Origin: an uncultured Myxococcales bacterium
GTDB taxonomy: Bacteria; Myxococcota_A; UBA9042; CAIXZC01
Length of the DNA stretch: 64,000 bases
Assembly (NCBI GenBank): GCA_964593355.1
Contig: CAZQHM010000021.1
Coordinates: forward strand, 1,565 to 65,564
Reading direction: 5' to 3'
Part shown: piece by piece, positions 52,193 to 61,288 of the stretch
How the letters are laid out: every line of letters starts with the position of its first letter
Numbering within the stretch: position 1 is the stretch's first letter
Notes under the pieces: generated by a model
Told to the model about the DNA's origin: nothing
Database searches by the model: none
The model's input: the letters and a program-made list of their open reading frames with translations, nothing else
Position numbers and translations under genes: made by a program

Positions 52193-52768
52193 CTACTTGC
52201 CCACCTTCACACGCTCAACATATCGCCCTTCGCTGGTGTCGACCCGAACAGTATCGCCCACTGAAATGAAGAGAGGAACCTGTATCTGAAGACCACTCTC
52301 AGTAGTGGCCTGTTTTGTTACATTATTGACAGTATCGCCCTTAACGCCCATCTCACATTCTGCGATTACCATATCCATTGCCTTGGGTAATTCTATGGAT
52401 ACGGGTCTACCATTAAAGAACATCAGCCGAATCTGCATCTCCTCAACGAGATAGTCCGACGTCCCTGCCAGTGCCTCATTGTCCAGAGTGAACTGTTCAA
52501 AGGACTCAACGTCCATGAAATTGAAGTTCTCTCCGTCATTATATAAATACTGGACTTTCTTAAAATCTATATCTGGATCCTCAAGCCTTTCCCCTGCCTT
52601 GAACACGAAAGACTTGAGCTGCCCGCTCAGAAGGTCCCGAGCCTTGGCCTTCACCAGGGTAGCCCCACCTCGGGCCGATGGTGACTGAAATGTGACGTCA
52701 TAAACCTGGTATGGGACTCCCTCATCCAGAAACCGTACGCCTCTCTTCAAATCTGAAGTACTGGGCAT
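52193..52768 (-). CDS. efp: Elongation factor P
   Basis: 192 aa; 'RGVRFLDEGVPYQVYDVTFQSPSARGGATLVKAKARDLLSGQ' is the KOW-like domain I. The loop tip carries Arg ('SPSARGGA') rather than the E. coli K34 context. The C-terminal OB domains are 'GDTVNNVTKQATTESGLQIQVPLFISVGDTVRVDTSEGRYVERV'. Confidence 0.9.
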   Translation of the reverse strand: MPSTSDLKRGVRFLDEGVPYQVYDVTFQSPSARGGATLVKAKARDLLSGQLKSFVFKAGERLEDPDIDFKKVQYLYNDGENFNFMDVESFEQFTLDNEALAGTSDYLVEEMQIRLMFFNGRPVSIELPKAMDMVIAECEMGVKGDTVNNVTKQATTESGLQIQVPLFISVGDTVRVDTSEGRYVERVKVGK

Positions 52769-52896
52769 CGTAACCTCCCGTAACTGCCTGCAACATATCT
52801 CGATGCCCCTCGGTCTCCGCAGGAGCATCGGGGCAGCGCAGACGACTGAACTGCAATATCGACACAGTCCCTCGAACCGGCCTGCTGAGGGCTTCC

Positions 52897-55383
52897 GTGG
52901 AAGGCGGCGAACACCGCTTCAACAGAGTTCGAGACGCATCGGGCGCCGTGTACCACGAAACACCCTCTCTGATCAAGCTGGGCGTTCGCTTTGAGCCCAA
53001 AGAGGCCACTTTGGGTTTGGTCCGCAAAATCTCCTTGCGGCTAAACGCCCCAGGCCATAGGATGCGGGGGTTCCCATTGCAGGAGTCTCCATTGCATCCC
53101 TCGTCAAGTGGGCCCTCTGGACCCCACATGAATGCAGTAACAACACACAGCGCGGTTTCCAGCGTGCTCGAAATATCCAGCGAACCGGCCTTCACTTGCG
53201 ATGTAACCGGATGCGTTCTGTGCGCCAACGGGCCCGCCGTGGCACTGCTCGCGCGATCCGGGGGAAGCATCGTTGGTCATCCAATCAGGGATCTTCTGGG
53301 CCAGGAGGCCCACGAAGCGGTTCTTCGTGCGCTCGCCCAGAGCCTCGATGGACCACTCACTGTAACGCTTCCTCCGTTACGGTCCGACGTTGCAACATCC
53401 CCTTTGACGCTTGCCGTAAGGGGCCTGGGCGACATGGCCGCCTGCTTCTTGAGGCATACCAGGGCCGGGGAATCCCACAACGAGGCCTACGAGCGGCTCT
53501 CGCTGTTGGCAGAACTGGCCGACAACCTGGTCTCCGGGATGGTCTATCAGATAGTACGCTACCCCGAGGGTCGCAGAAGGTTTACTTACCTCGGTGCAGC
53601 AGTCTCCAGACTCTATGGCATTACCCCTGAACAGGGCATGGCAGACTCCTCCCTGGTCTATGGCAGAGTACACCGGGACGACAGCGACCGACTTGTGGCT
53701 GAGGAAGAGGCCGCACTGGAGACCATGTCGGTGTTCAGATGCGAAGCCAGGGTCTTCAACCCCGACGGCTCTCTACGCTGGTCAAGTTGGGTCAGTGTCC
53801 CCACTCTCCTGTGTGACGGCTCCGTGAGGTGGGATGGTGTAGAATTCGATGTCACCGAACGACGTAGGCTTATTGACGAACTGTCCCAATACAAAAGTAT
53901 GTTAGATTTGTCGCCTTCTGGTGCCGCAATATTCGATCGGGCTGGATATATTGTCTATGCCAACGAGGCCTTTGCATCGGCGCATGGATATATTATTGAT
54001 GATTTGACCGGAAAGCACTTCTCGATTTTGCATGCCCCAGAGCAGCTGGCCGAGGTGCAGCGGCTCACGGCGAAGCTCCTCCAGGATGGCGTCCTTGGCA
54101 TTACTGAGGTGGCCCATGTTCGTCGGGACGGTAAGCCCTTCACCATGCTCACTGTGGGAAATGTCATTTCGGATCCGTCAGGGCGTCCGAGGTGGGTGAC
54201 GTGCACTGCCATGGATGTCAGTGATCGCAAGGCACTGGAGATGCAGCTTCACAGAGCGCGGAGGCTTGAGTCTGTGGGACGCCTGGCCGGGGGCCTTGCC
54301 CACGACTTCAACAACGTTGTAAGCGTTGTCATGGGCCAGGCTGAGCTGGCTTCCGGTCTTGCCGACGACCCCGATGCAGTGAAGGAGGCCATGGCCGAGA
54401 TCATGGTCGTGGCCGAAAAGGCAGCTTCGCTTACGAGGCAATTGTTGACCTTCGCCAGCCGGACCCCCTCTTCCCCGGAACCCGTGGACCTGAACCGGGT
54501 TGTGGAAGGAATGCTCTCTATTCTCAAACGCCTCATTGGCGAGCAGGTTAGCCTCGACTGGCTTCCGGGCGCGGGGCCTTCCCTGGCAGCGGTTGACCCG
54601 GGTCAGGTGGACCAGATACTGGCGAACCTCTGCCTTAATGCCAGAGACTCCATCGCAGGCGCCGGCCGGATCACAATCGAGACTGGAGAGGCTGTGTTCG
54701 ATGAGGCTTGGTGCTCTACCCATTCTGGATTCCGAACGGGAGAGTACGTTTGGATCTCAGTATCCGACAACGGCAGCGGCATGGACGCCGACACTCAGGC
54801 GCAGATCTTCGAGCCTTTCTTCACCACCAAGGAGGCCGGCAAGGGCACCGGCCTTGGTCTCTCCACGGTGCATGGTATCGTAAGTCAACACGGCGGTTTC
54901 GTGAAGGTCTACAGTGAGTTGGGCATGGGCACTGCCTTCAAGATATTCTTCCCAAGGTACGGTGCCCCAGTCTCCCTTGCAGAGGCCGTTGAAGCCGAAA
55001 TGGCTCCTCTTCACGCTGCCTCGGTGCTGCTTGTGGAGGATGAGCCGGCCATCCTTACCATGGCGCGCACCATGCTGGAGAATGCCGGATTCATGGTTGC
55101 TGCAGCGCAATCGCCATCGGAGGCACTGGGTCTGGCTGCGGAGTTGGCTTTCTGCCCCGATGTTGTGGTCTCGGACCTCGTCATGCCGGGGCTGAATGGC
55201 TCAGAGCTGGCCTGGGAGCTTAGACGGTTGTTCCCGGCCCTTAAGGTCGTCTTCATCTCGGGCTATTCACCCGGTGCGGCTGCCCAGCATGTCCATGTCG
55301 ATTTTTCAGACGCCGTGTTTCTCCAGAAGCCGTTCTATGCCAAGGATTTGGTGGCAGCGGTGCACAAGGCATTGAGGGGCTGA
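52897..55383 (+). CDS. Hybrid sensor histidine kinase (PAS x2-3, HisKA, HATPase, C-terminal receiver)
   Basis: HisKA 'RLESVGRLAGGLAHDFNNVVSVVMGQAELA'. HATPase 'GTGLGLSTVHGIVSQHGGFVKVYSELGMGTAFKIFFP'. REC 'SVLLVEDEPAILTMARTMLENAGFMVAAAQSP...VVVSDLVMPGLNGSELAWELRRLFPALKVVFISGY'. The ORF-track start is a GTG at 52897; ATGs at 53062 or 53128 are more likely. Confidence 0.85.
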   Translation: MEGGEHRFNRVRDASGAVYHETPSLIKLGVRFEPKEATLGLVRKISLRLNAPGHRMRGFPLQESPLHPSSSGPSGPHMNAVTTHSAVSSVLEISSEPAFTCDVTGCVLCANGPAVALLARSGGSIVGHPIRDLLGQEAHEAVLRALAQSLDGPLTVTLPPLRSDVATSPLTLAVRGLGDMAACFLRHTRAGESHNEAYERLSLLAELADNLVSGMVYQIVRYPEGRRRFTYLGAAVSRLYGITPEQGMADSSLVYGRVHRDDSDRLVAEEEAALETMSVFRCEARVFNPDGSLRWSSWVSVPTLLCDGSVRWDGVEFDVTERRRLIDELSQYKSMLDLSPSGAAIFDRAGYIVYANEAFASAHGYIIDDLTGKHFSILHAPEQLAEVQRLTAKLLQDGVLGITEVAHVRRDGKPFTMLTVGNVISDPSGRPRWVTCTAMDVSDRKALEMQLHRARRLESVGRLAGGLAHDFNNVVSVVMGQAELASGLADDPDAVKEAMAEIMVVAEKAASLTRQLLTFASRTPSSPEPVDLNRVVEGMLSILKRLIGEQVSLDWLPGAGPSLAAVDPGQVDQILANLCLNARDSIAGAGRITIETGEAVFDEAWCSTHSGFRTGEYVWISVSDNGSGMDADTQAQIFEPFFTTKEAGKGTGLGLSTVHGIVSQHGGFVKVYSELGMGTAFKIFFPRYGAPVSLAEAVEAEMAPLHAASVLLVEDEPAILTMARTMLENAGFMVAAAQSPSEALGLAAELAFCPDVVVSDLVMPGLNGSELAWELRRLFPALKVVFISGYSPGAAAQHVHVDFSDAVFLQKPFYAKDLVAAVHKALRG

Positions 55384-55508
55384 CAGGCCATCCCAACCCG
55401 TTTCTTGTGCCCCAACAGGGCCGCCGAAACCAGCGCCCTCGATGCACCACAGCAGATTGACAAGGGCGATGCCCTGAATCATTGTTTGTGCGTTGTAAGG
55501 AGGCTGGA

Positions 55509-57158
55509 ATGAAAGGAACACGCTTCGGGCTGATCACTCTTTTGCTGGCAAGCCACCTGGTGGCCTGCGGCGCCCTCGACAAGGTTTTGGACTTGGACAT
55601 CGCTGCCGACGCCGATGGGACATCGGCAGACCTGTGGCAGGTAGCCGACGGCACGACGGAGGGCATGGGTTCTGATATTGCACAGGAGGACTGGGCCAGC
55701 CCTGGCGATGGAATCGAGCATGATGCCCTGCCCGAGGACCTCCTCTCGGAGATCGAAGAGATCATTCCTGTTGATGCACCGGGGCCGGACCAGGCCGACG
55801 TGGTCCAAGTCGCCGAGGTGTCAATCACCGTAGCCCAACAGTGGCAGCGAGGCCCCGTGAGCGTGATGCTCTCGTTGGATGGTGTGCCAGAAGGTGCCGA
55901 GGTTGCCCTGTTCTGGGGGCAGGCAGAGCCAACGGCCCCCGCAACATCGCTGCAGGGATATGGCTCAGAACCGGGAGTTCTCGGCGACGGCACATACAGG
56001 ATGGTCTGGGACTCCATGGCAGACTCTCAGGCCGATTCGGCAGTGACGCTGGCCGCCAGGGTCTCCCTGGGGGGCAACCTGATTGCTGCTTCCGAACCGG
56101 TCACGCTGGAACTGAGAAACGACCCCGAACGAGATAGAGCGGCCCTGGTCACTAACGGCATCAACGGAGCAAACAGGGTTCGCCCGTTGAAATACTCACT
56201 GACCCAGGGATTCTCCTACGATGGCACAGTATTTGAGGTTGGCAACCGGCCAATATCCGCAGTCTTCCACCCGGGTGGTATCTCGGCGGTGACTTCGGAC
56301 ATCGATTCCGACCAGCTCACGTTCTACAGAGTGAGTGCCGATGGTCGCATAGAGGTCGCCCAGACCGTTGCTACCGACGGCCTCTATTTCGAGGATTTGG
56401 CCTGGTCACAGGACGGAGCGACGCTCTTCCTGCTGAACTACAACCCCACCCCCGAGGGGGGCGTCTACGCCCTTGACCTGGACCCCTTCACAGGCCTGCC
56501 ACCCGAAGAGTCGCAGTTCGTGTTCCTCTCGCACCACTACGCCGGTTCCAGGATGGCCCTCCTGCCCGCCAATGCGGGTTATGTGGTGCTGGAAGGGGTG
56601 GAGGCTGACCCAGGCAGCGGTCTTACGGTGACGCTGGCAGATGTGAATGGGTCGATCCTGAACCAGTACCCGGTTCCCGGGGATGGAAGCATAGCGTCGG
56701 CTGTTGCGGTTTCGCCCGACGGCACCAGAATGCTTGCTTCTTATTATAATCTATTTGGAGCTGGCGACAAGGTTATGCTGTTTGATGTTGGCGCAGGTGG
56801 TACACTGGAGTATGCTGCCGATGTGGACGTCTACGATCCGGCCGACCTGCAGTGGAGTGAGAACGGTGCCTTCGCACTGGCTCTGGAGGCCGAGGGCAAC
56901 AAGGCTCGGCTGTTGAAGGTATCACCCCAGGATCTGAGCATAGCGGGAACGGGATCCACGGGCCTGCCATTGGAAATCGCCTCGATGAAATGGGGCTCCA
57001 TGGCCGACCTCTTCATCGTAACCACAGTCTCGGCCTCCACAGGTGTATCGGGCCTGCGAATGTACATCGAGGATGCCGGGCAGCTCAAGGAGCACTCCTT
57101 CTTCGGGATGGGCGACGGCCTGGATGTGCTGATCGACTCTGTGGCCATCCAGCCCTGA
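55509..57158 (+). CDS. Lipoprotein with acidic linker and probable lactonase-like beta-propeller
   Basis: ATG at 55509 has AGGAGG 6 nt upstream. Signal and lipobox 'LITLLLASHLVAC'. The acidic low-complexity N-terminus is 'DLDIAADADGTSADLW...EDLLSEIEEIIPVD'. Repeated strand motifs 'TFYRVSADGRIE', 'LYFEDLAWSQDGATLFLLNYN', 'GGVYALDLDPFTG' suggest a 7-bladed propeller. Confidence 0.5.
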   Translation: MKGTRFGLITLLLASHLVACGALDKVLDLDIAADADGTSADLWQVADGTTEGMGSDIAQEDWASPGDGIEHDALPEDLLSEIEEIIPVDAPGPDQADVVQVAEVSITVAQQWQRGPVSVMLSLDGVPEGAEVALFWGQAEPTAPATSLQGYGSEPGVLGDGTYRMVWDSMADSQADSAVTLAARVSLGGNLIAASEPVTLELRNDPERDRAALVTNGINGANRVRPLKYSLTQGFSYDGTVFEVGNRPISAVFHPGGISAVTSDIDSDQLTFYRVSADGRIEVAQTVATDGLYFEDLAWSQDGATLFLLNYNPTPEGGVYALDLDPFTGLPPEESQFVFLSHHYAGSRMALLPANAGYVVLEGVEADPGSGLTVTLADVNGSILNQYPVPGDGSIASAVAVSPDGTRMLASYYNLFGAGDKVMLFDVGAGGTLEYAADVDVYDPADLQWSENGAFALALEAEGNKARLLKVSPQDLSIAGTGSTGLPLEIASMKWGSMADLFIVTTVSASTGVSGLRMYIEDAGQLKEHSFFGMGDGLDVLIDSVAIQP

Positions 57159-57280
57159 TACCCCCGGTCCTCAATGTACACCACTGTGGTATACTCAACG
57201 CATACGTTGATACAGGGCAACGACTTATTGAACACTCACTGCGTGTGGTTGTAAAGCAAGAGGTGGCGGGAAGGAGATGA

Positions 57281-60049
57281 CTATCTGCCGAACCAGGCGG
57301 GCATCTTGCTCCTGCCGTCGGTGGTCAGCACCTTGAGCTTCTTCTCGTTTACATTTACCGATGCCAGATTGGGACCCTTGGCCCCCTGAACCGTAACAAC
57401 AATGTGGGTTGCGTCCAGCGACCAGTCGAACTGGTCCGGAATCAGGCCCGAGAGGTTCCCTGGGGTGGCGTCCAGAGTTGCAATTTCACCTTCGGCATCG
57501 GCCCCCAGCAGCACAATCTTGTCACCTTGAAGGGACGCCAGGAAGTAGAGCGGCGAGACCGCAATCTTAGAAGTCTCGGTCTGGCCCTCCCAGATGAACT
57601 CCTTCTGGGTCTTGTCCAGCCTGTTGATGCTGTATACGCCCACCAACTGCGGTGCGGACTTGTACGAGGCCACCAACTCTTCCCCGGAAGGCAAGAAGCC
57701 CAGGGCACCGACGGCATCTTCGTCGGAATCAAACACCGGCGTCACCTCGCCGGTGTTCATTTGGGCTGAGTAGGTTCTGACCAGAGTCTCCTTCAAGAAG
57801 AAGATGGCGTTGGAACCAGCCGGGGCCCAGTGAATGGGACCAATCTCCGGCGTCCCTTCGGATTTGCCAACCACACCGGTGAGAGTCACCACATCACCCT
57901 TGGCTCCATCGTAATCGGCCGTGGCGACAACGGAGAGACCGTTGGCAGTGCCGCGAAAGATGAGCCTGCCTGTACCCGCCGGTGCCTCGATGGTGAACTC
58001 TCCACCTTGGCCGGTCTGAGCCGTCAGCATAGTGCCCTCAACGGCCACCGTGGCGTTGGCAACAGGGGCCGCTATGGCGCCCTGGCCGAAGCGGAAGCTG
58101 CCTTGAACCGTAAGCGTGTCAGCGGTGGTCTTGATGCGTTTGCTGTCTATGTCCGGCGTTACCTGGTAGCATTTGGAACCATCAGAGGAAACAACAAAGA
58201 TGTTGTAGCGGGCCTCATTGAAGGCCAGCCGATAATCGGAGGCGAAGGCAATGTAGTCTCTCTCTGGCGACCAGGTGGGATAGTAGACATTGACCGCTGG
58301 GTCCTCGAAGCGGGTCAGTGGTCTCTGGTCCGAGCCATCGGGGGCCATGGTGTAGAGGTCGCTTCCTCCGGTCTCCGACTCTCGCACGAACACTATTCGG
58401 TTATTGGAGTTAGCCTTTCTCTGGCCTGAACCGGTGAAGTTGGCCGGCTGCTCGCCTTCCAGAAGGAGGCATCGGAACTCTTCGGGCTGTATGGTGCTAT
58501 CTTCTTCAGTGCCGGAGGTGTCTTTCTCCGGGGCGGGGGCCACCTCTTCGCAGACCGTTTGGGTCGTCTCACTTCCGCAAGCGACGGTCCCCAGTGAGAC
58601 CAGGGCAAGGGCAAGAAATGCCGTGCGCCTGGCTCGACGCAGGGCAACCAGGATGAGCAACGCACCGGTCAGCATCAGCGCTGCGGCGGGTCGGCCATGG
58701 GTTGTGGAACTGCAGCCTTCGCTCTTCTTGACCTCTTTGCAGTTGGCACCACCGGTGTCTTCGTCACCGGGAATGATCCCGCCCCAGACGTCGGTTTCGC
58801 CGGGGGCCGAGTTCTCGCCAACGGGTTTGTCGTCGCCAAAGGTTCCAAACATGTGTCCCCAGGTCCAGACGTCGCTTACGATATCCTCGCCGCCGCCCTC
58901 GGGGTTTCCATCGGGGTTGGTGATGCTGCCTGCGCAGCCGCCACCGTTGGAGTACTTCACAATCAGACCCCAATCACCCACAACCCACCCGGCATTTTCG
59001 CAGGGGAAGACTATGTCGAAGTAGCCGCCCTGCTGCTCGGCTTCGGGCACGAACTCCCAGGTTACGCCGCCATCGAAGGACTCGATGACCACGGCCTTGT
59101 TACCGTATCCGCCGTCGGGGTTTCCCACAGAGCCTGCGGCGATGGCGTGGATTGGGGTGAGCATGAGGGCACGCGTCAGGAAGACCCACTCACCGGCAGG
59201 GTGGGTTGGCAGAGTGATGTCGCTCCAGCTTTTGCCTCCGTCCGTGGTTCGCTTGATGAAATACTTTTTGTTGTTGTTACCCGCAGCCGCAAGACCTACA
59301 TTGGCGTCGAACATATGAATGGAGCGGAAGATATCCGGGCTGTTTATAAGCCTCGGCTCAAAGGTGCGGCCACCGTCGGAGCTGTACATGACTATTCCTT
59401 CGGGTTTGATATCGTACCCGACGACCTTCTCCTGGCCAGGTGAGTATGGGTCCTCTTCGGTTATCTCTTCCTGGCGGCCGCCCACAGCCCAGCCCCGCAG
59501 GTTGTCGACGAAGAAGATGGCCTGCAACTCCTGCCCAATAGCCAAGTCCGTCGTGGACCAGTTCAATCCCCCATTCCCCGTGTATATAACCTTGCTGCCT
59601 GATATTGCATATATGTAGTTGGTGTTTACGGCATGGACATCCATCAGTTGGTCGAATCCACCGACGCCCGGCACAGCGAGGGCGTTCCATGACTTTCCGC
59701 CATCCTTGGACTGGTACATCCCGAGTCCCACGCCGTAGGCCGTGAGTGTGTCTGCGAAGCTAAGTTGAAACATGAAGGGTGGTATAATACCACCACCAGT
59801 GCCCGTAATGCTTCCGGCGGTCCACATGTCGCCGCCGTTTGCGGTCCACCAGGCCGCTCCCTTGTCTCCCTGGCCCGAGTTGGACTTCCCGACGGCAGCG
59901 GCGGTGGTATCGTCGAAGGCGCCAACGCCGTAGGCACCGTTGCCGTCGCCGGCCAGGGAGAACTGCTTGACCCACTCGGCCTGGGCCGTTGAGGTGAAGA
60001 GAAGAGCCAAAACCAGAGAGAGGCGGCCAATCGTTCCAGAAGAGAGCAT
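57281..60049 (-). CDS. Secreted BNR/Asp-box (Ycf48/sialidase-like) propeller fused in frame to a TolB-like PD40 propeller, with an internal MYXO-CTERM-like sorting-tag segment
   Basis: ATG at ~60049 has GGAGG 5 nt upstream; signal 'MLSSGTIGRLSLVLALLFTSTAQA'. BNR motifs 'SKDGGKSWNAL', 'NGGLNWST', 'SDGGRTFEP', 'TDGGKSWSD', 'FDGGVTWEF'. At aa ~456-486 'EGCSSTTHGRPAAALMLTGALLILVALRRARR' (Cys, hydrophobic helix, basic cluster) resembles a C-terminal MYXO-CTERM/PEP-CTERM-type anchor. It is followed immediately by 'TAFLALALVSLGTVACGSE', a second lipoprotein-signal-like segment, then PD40 repeats 'RIVFVRESETGGSDLYTMAPDGSDQRPLT', 'PTWSPERDYIAFASDY'. Confidence 0.6.
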   Translation of the reverse strand: MLSSGTIGRLSLVLALLFTSTAQAEWVKQFSLAGDGNGAYGVGAFDDTTAAAVGKSNSGQGDKGAAWWTANGGDMWTAGSITGTGGGIIPPFMFQLSFADTLTAYGVGLGMYQSKDGGKSWNALAVPGVGGFDQLMDVHAVNTNYIYAISGSKVIYTGNGGLNWSTTDLAIGQELQAIFFVDNLRGWAVGGRQEEITEEDPYSPGQEKVVGYDIKPEGIVMYSSDGGRTFEPRLINSPDIFRSIHMFDANVGLAAAGNNNKKYFIKRTTDGGKSWSDITLPTHPAGEWVFLTRALMLTPIHAIAAGSVGNPDGGYGNKAVVIESFDGGVTWEFVPEAEQQGGYFDIVFPCENAGWVVGDWGLIVKYSNGGGCAGSITNPDGNPEGGGEDIVSDVWTWGHMFGTFGDDKPVGENSAPGETDVWGGIIPGDEDTGGANCKEVKKSEGCSSTTHGRPAAALMLTGALLILVALRRARRTAFLALALVSLGTVACGSETTQTVCEEVAPAPEKDTSGTEEDSTIQPEEFRCLLLEGEQPANFTGSGQRKANSNNRIVFVRESETGGSDLYTMAPDGSDQRPLTRFEDPAVNVYYPTWSPERDYIAFASDYRLAFNEARYNIFVVSSDGSKCYQVTPDIDSKRIKTTADTLTVQGSFRFGQGAIAAPVANATVAVEGTMLTAQTGQGGEFTIEAPAGTGRLIFRGTANGLSVVATADYDGAKGDVVTLTGVVGKSEGTPEIGPIHWAPAGSNAIFFLKETLVRTYSAQMNTGEVTPVFDSDEDAVGALGFLPSGEELVASYKSAPQLVGVYSINRLDKTQKEFIWEGQTETSKIAVSPLYFLASLQGDKIVLLGADAEGEIATLDATPGNLSGLIPDQFDWSLDATHIVVTVQGAKGPNLASVNVNEKKLKVLTTDGRSKMPAWFGR

Positions 60050-60208
60050 GATTACCTCCAAACCAGAGCCCCGTGGGGCCACAATGTGGCGGATTCTGCC
60101 TCATTGGGTTGGCCAAATCAAGGCTGGGGGAGGGGGTTCGCCGTAATCACTTGAATTCCGCGGGGGACTCTGAAAATATCATGTAATCTTGTGGCCTTGG
60201 AGGTCTTC

Positions 60209-61288
60209 ATGGGGCGACTCCTCTCTCTGGTCCTCCCCGTAGTAATGGTTGCGCTGGCAGCGTGCGGTGAGACGGTTATCATCAAGTCGGGCAAAAGCAA
60301 GTGCGAGGCTGACTGTGCCGGGAAGCAATGCGGCAACGACGGTTGCGGTGGCACCTGCGGCAGTTGCGGCATTGGCCTCTACTGCTTGAACTGGCAGTGC
60401 ATCGTGGGCACGGGGCCGGAAGACCTCCATGGGCTCTTGCCTCTTGGCGATACTACGGCCCCCGACGACGACATCTCTCCCATAGCCGACCTCGGGACCG
60501 ACGAATCGCTGCCCGATACCTCGGTGGCGCCGGACACGAGCAAGCCCGAGGATGTGGAGCAGGACAAGGGGCCGTCAGTGCCGGGCAAGTGCTTCTTTGT
60601 GTACGATGATGCCGACGACGACGGCTTCGGGGCTCTGGCGACGAAGGAGGAGTTTTGCGGTTATGATTACGTGCCTGCGGGAAAGTCGCTGAAATACGGC
60701 GACTGCAACGACTCGGACAGTCTGGTGAATCCCGGAATTCCAGAGTCGTGCGACGACCGTGACAACGACTGCGATGGGGTGGTTGACAACGGATGCGATG
60801 TGGATGGTGATGGCTACTGCACCGACAAACTCCCCATATTCGGGGTGCCGGCGGTCTGTACGAAGGGGCTCAACGACTGCAACGATTTCTCGGCTTCCGT
60901 CTTCCCCGGCAACTTCGAACTGCCCGGTGATGGTCTGGACAACGACTGCGACGGCGAGGTGGACGAAACGGTGCAGTGCCCAGGAACGTGCACGGGCCAG
61001 ACCGTGGATGCCTTCCTGTGCGCCATAGAGATTTGCTCGGGCCAATACCAGAATGCCAGTTTCTCGTCTCCCACCGGTGACAACATCTCCTCGGCATGGG
61101 CAGCGGTGAACCACTTCGGCAGCGTCAATAACGACCTGGCACCGCTGGCTCCGCCCTCATACTCACTCTTTGCCACGGGGCCAGCGCAGGGCACCAGCCA
61201 CTCAACAGATCTTTCAGGGGAGGAACGGCCACGGACAGCTTCTCCGGAGACACGATGTACGATGCCGTGGAGTTCGTCGTCACTCTGA
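60209..61288 (+). CDS. Lipoprotein with MopE-like putative metal-binding Cys/Asp repeats (N-terminal part of a frameshifted gene)
   Basis: ATG at 60209 has GGAGG 6 nt upstream. Lipobox 'VVMVALAAC'. 'CAGKQCGNDGCGGTCGSC'. MopE-type motifs 'CDDRDNDCDGVVDNGCDVDGDGYC' and 'CNDFSASVFPGNFELPGDGLDNDCDGEVDE'. The reading frame degenerates after ~61215. Confidence 0.6.
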   Translation: MGRLLSLVLPVVMVALAACGETVIIKSGKSKCEADCAGKQCGNDGCGGTCGSCGIGLYCLNWQCIVGTGPEDLHGLLPLGDTTAPDDDISPIADLGTDESLPDTSVAPDTSKPEDVEQDKGPSVPGKCFFVYDDADDDGFGALATKEEFCGYDYVPAGKSLKYGDCNDSDSLVNPGIPESCDDRDNDCDGVVDNGCDVDGDGYCTDKLPIFGVPAVCTKGLNDCNDFSASVFPGNFELPGDGLDNDCDGEVDETVQCPGTCTGQTVDAFLCAIEICSGQYQNASFSSPTGDNISSAWAAVNHFGSVNNDLAPLAPPSYSLFATGPAQGTSHSTDLSGEERPRTASPETRCTMPWSSSSL

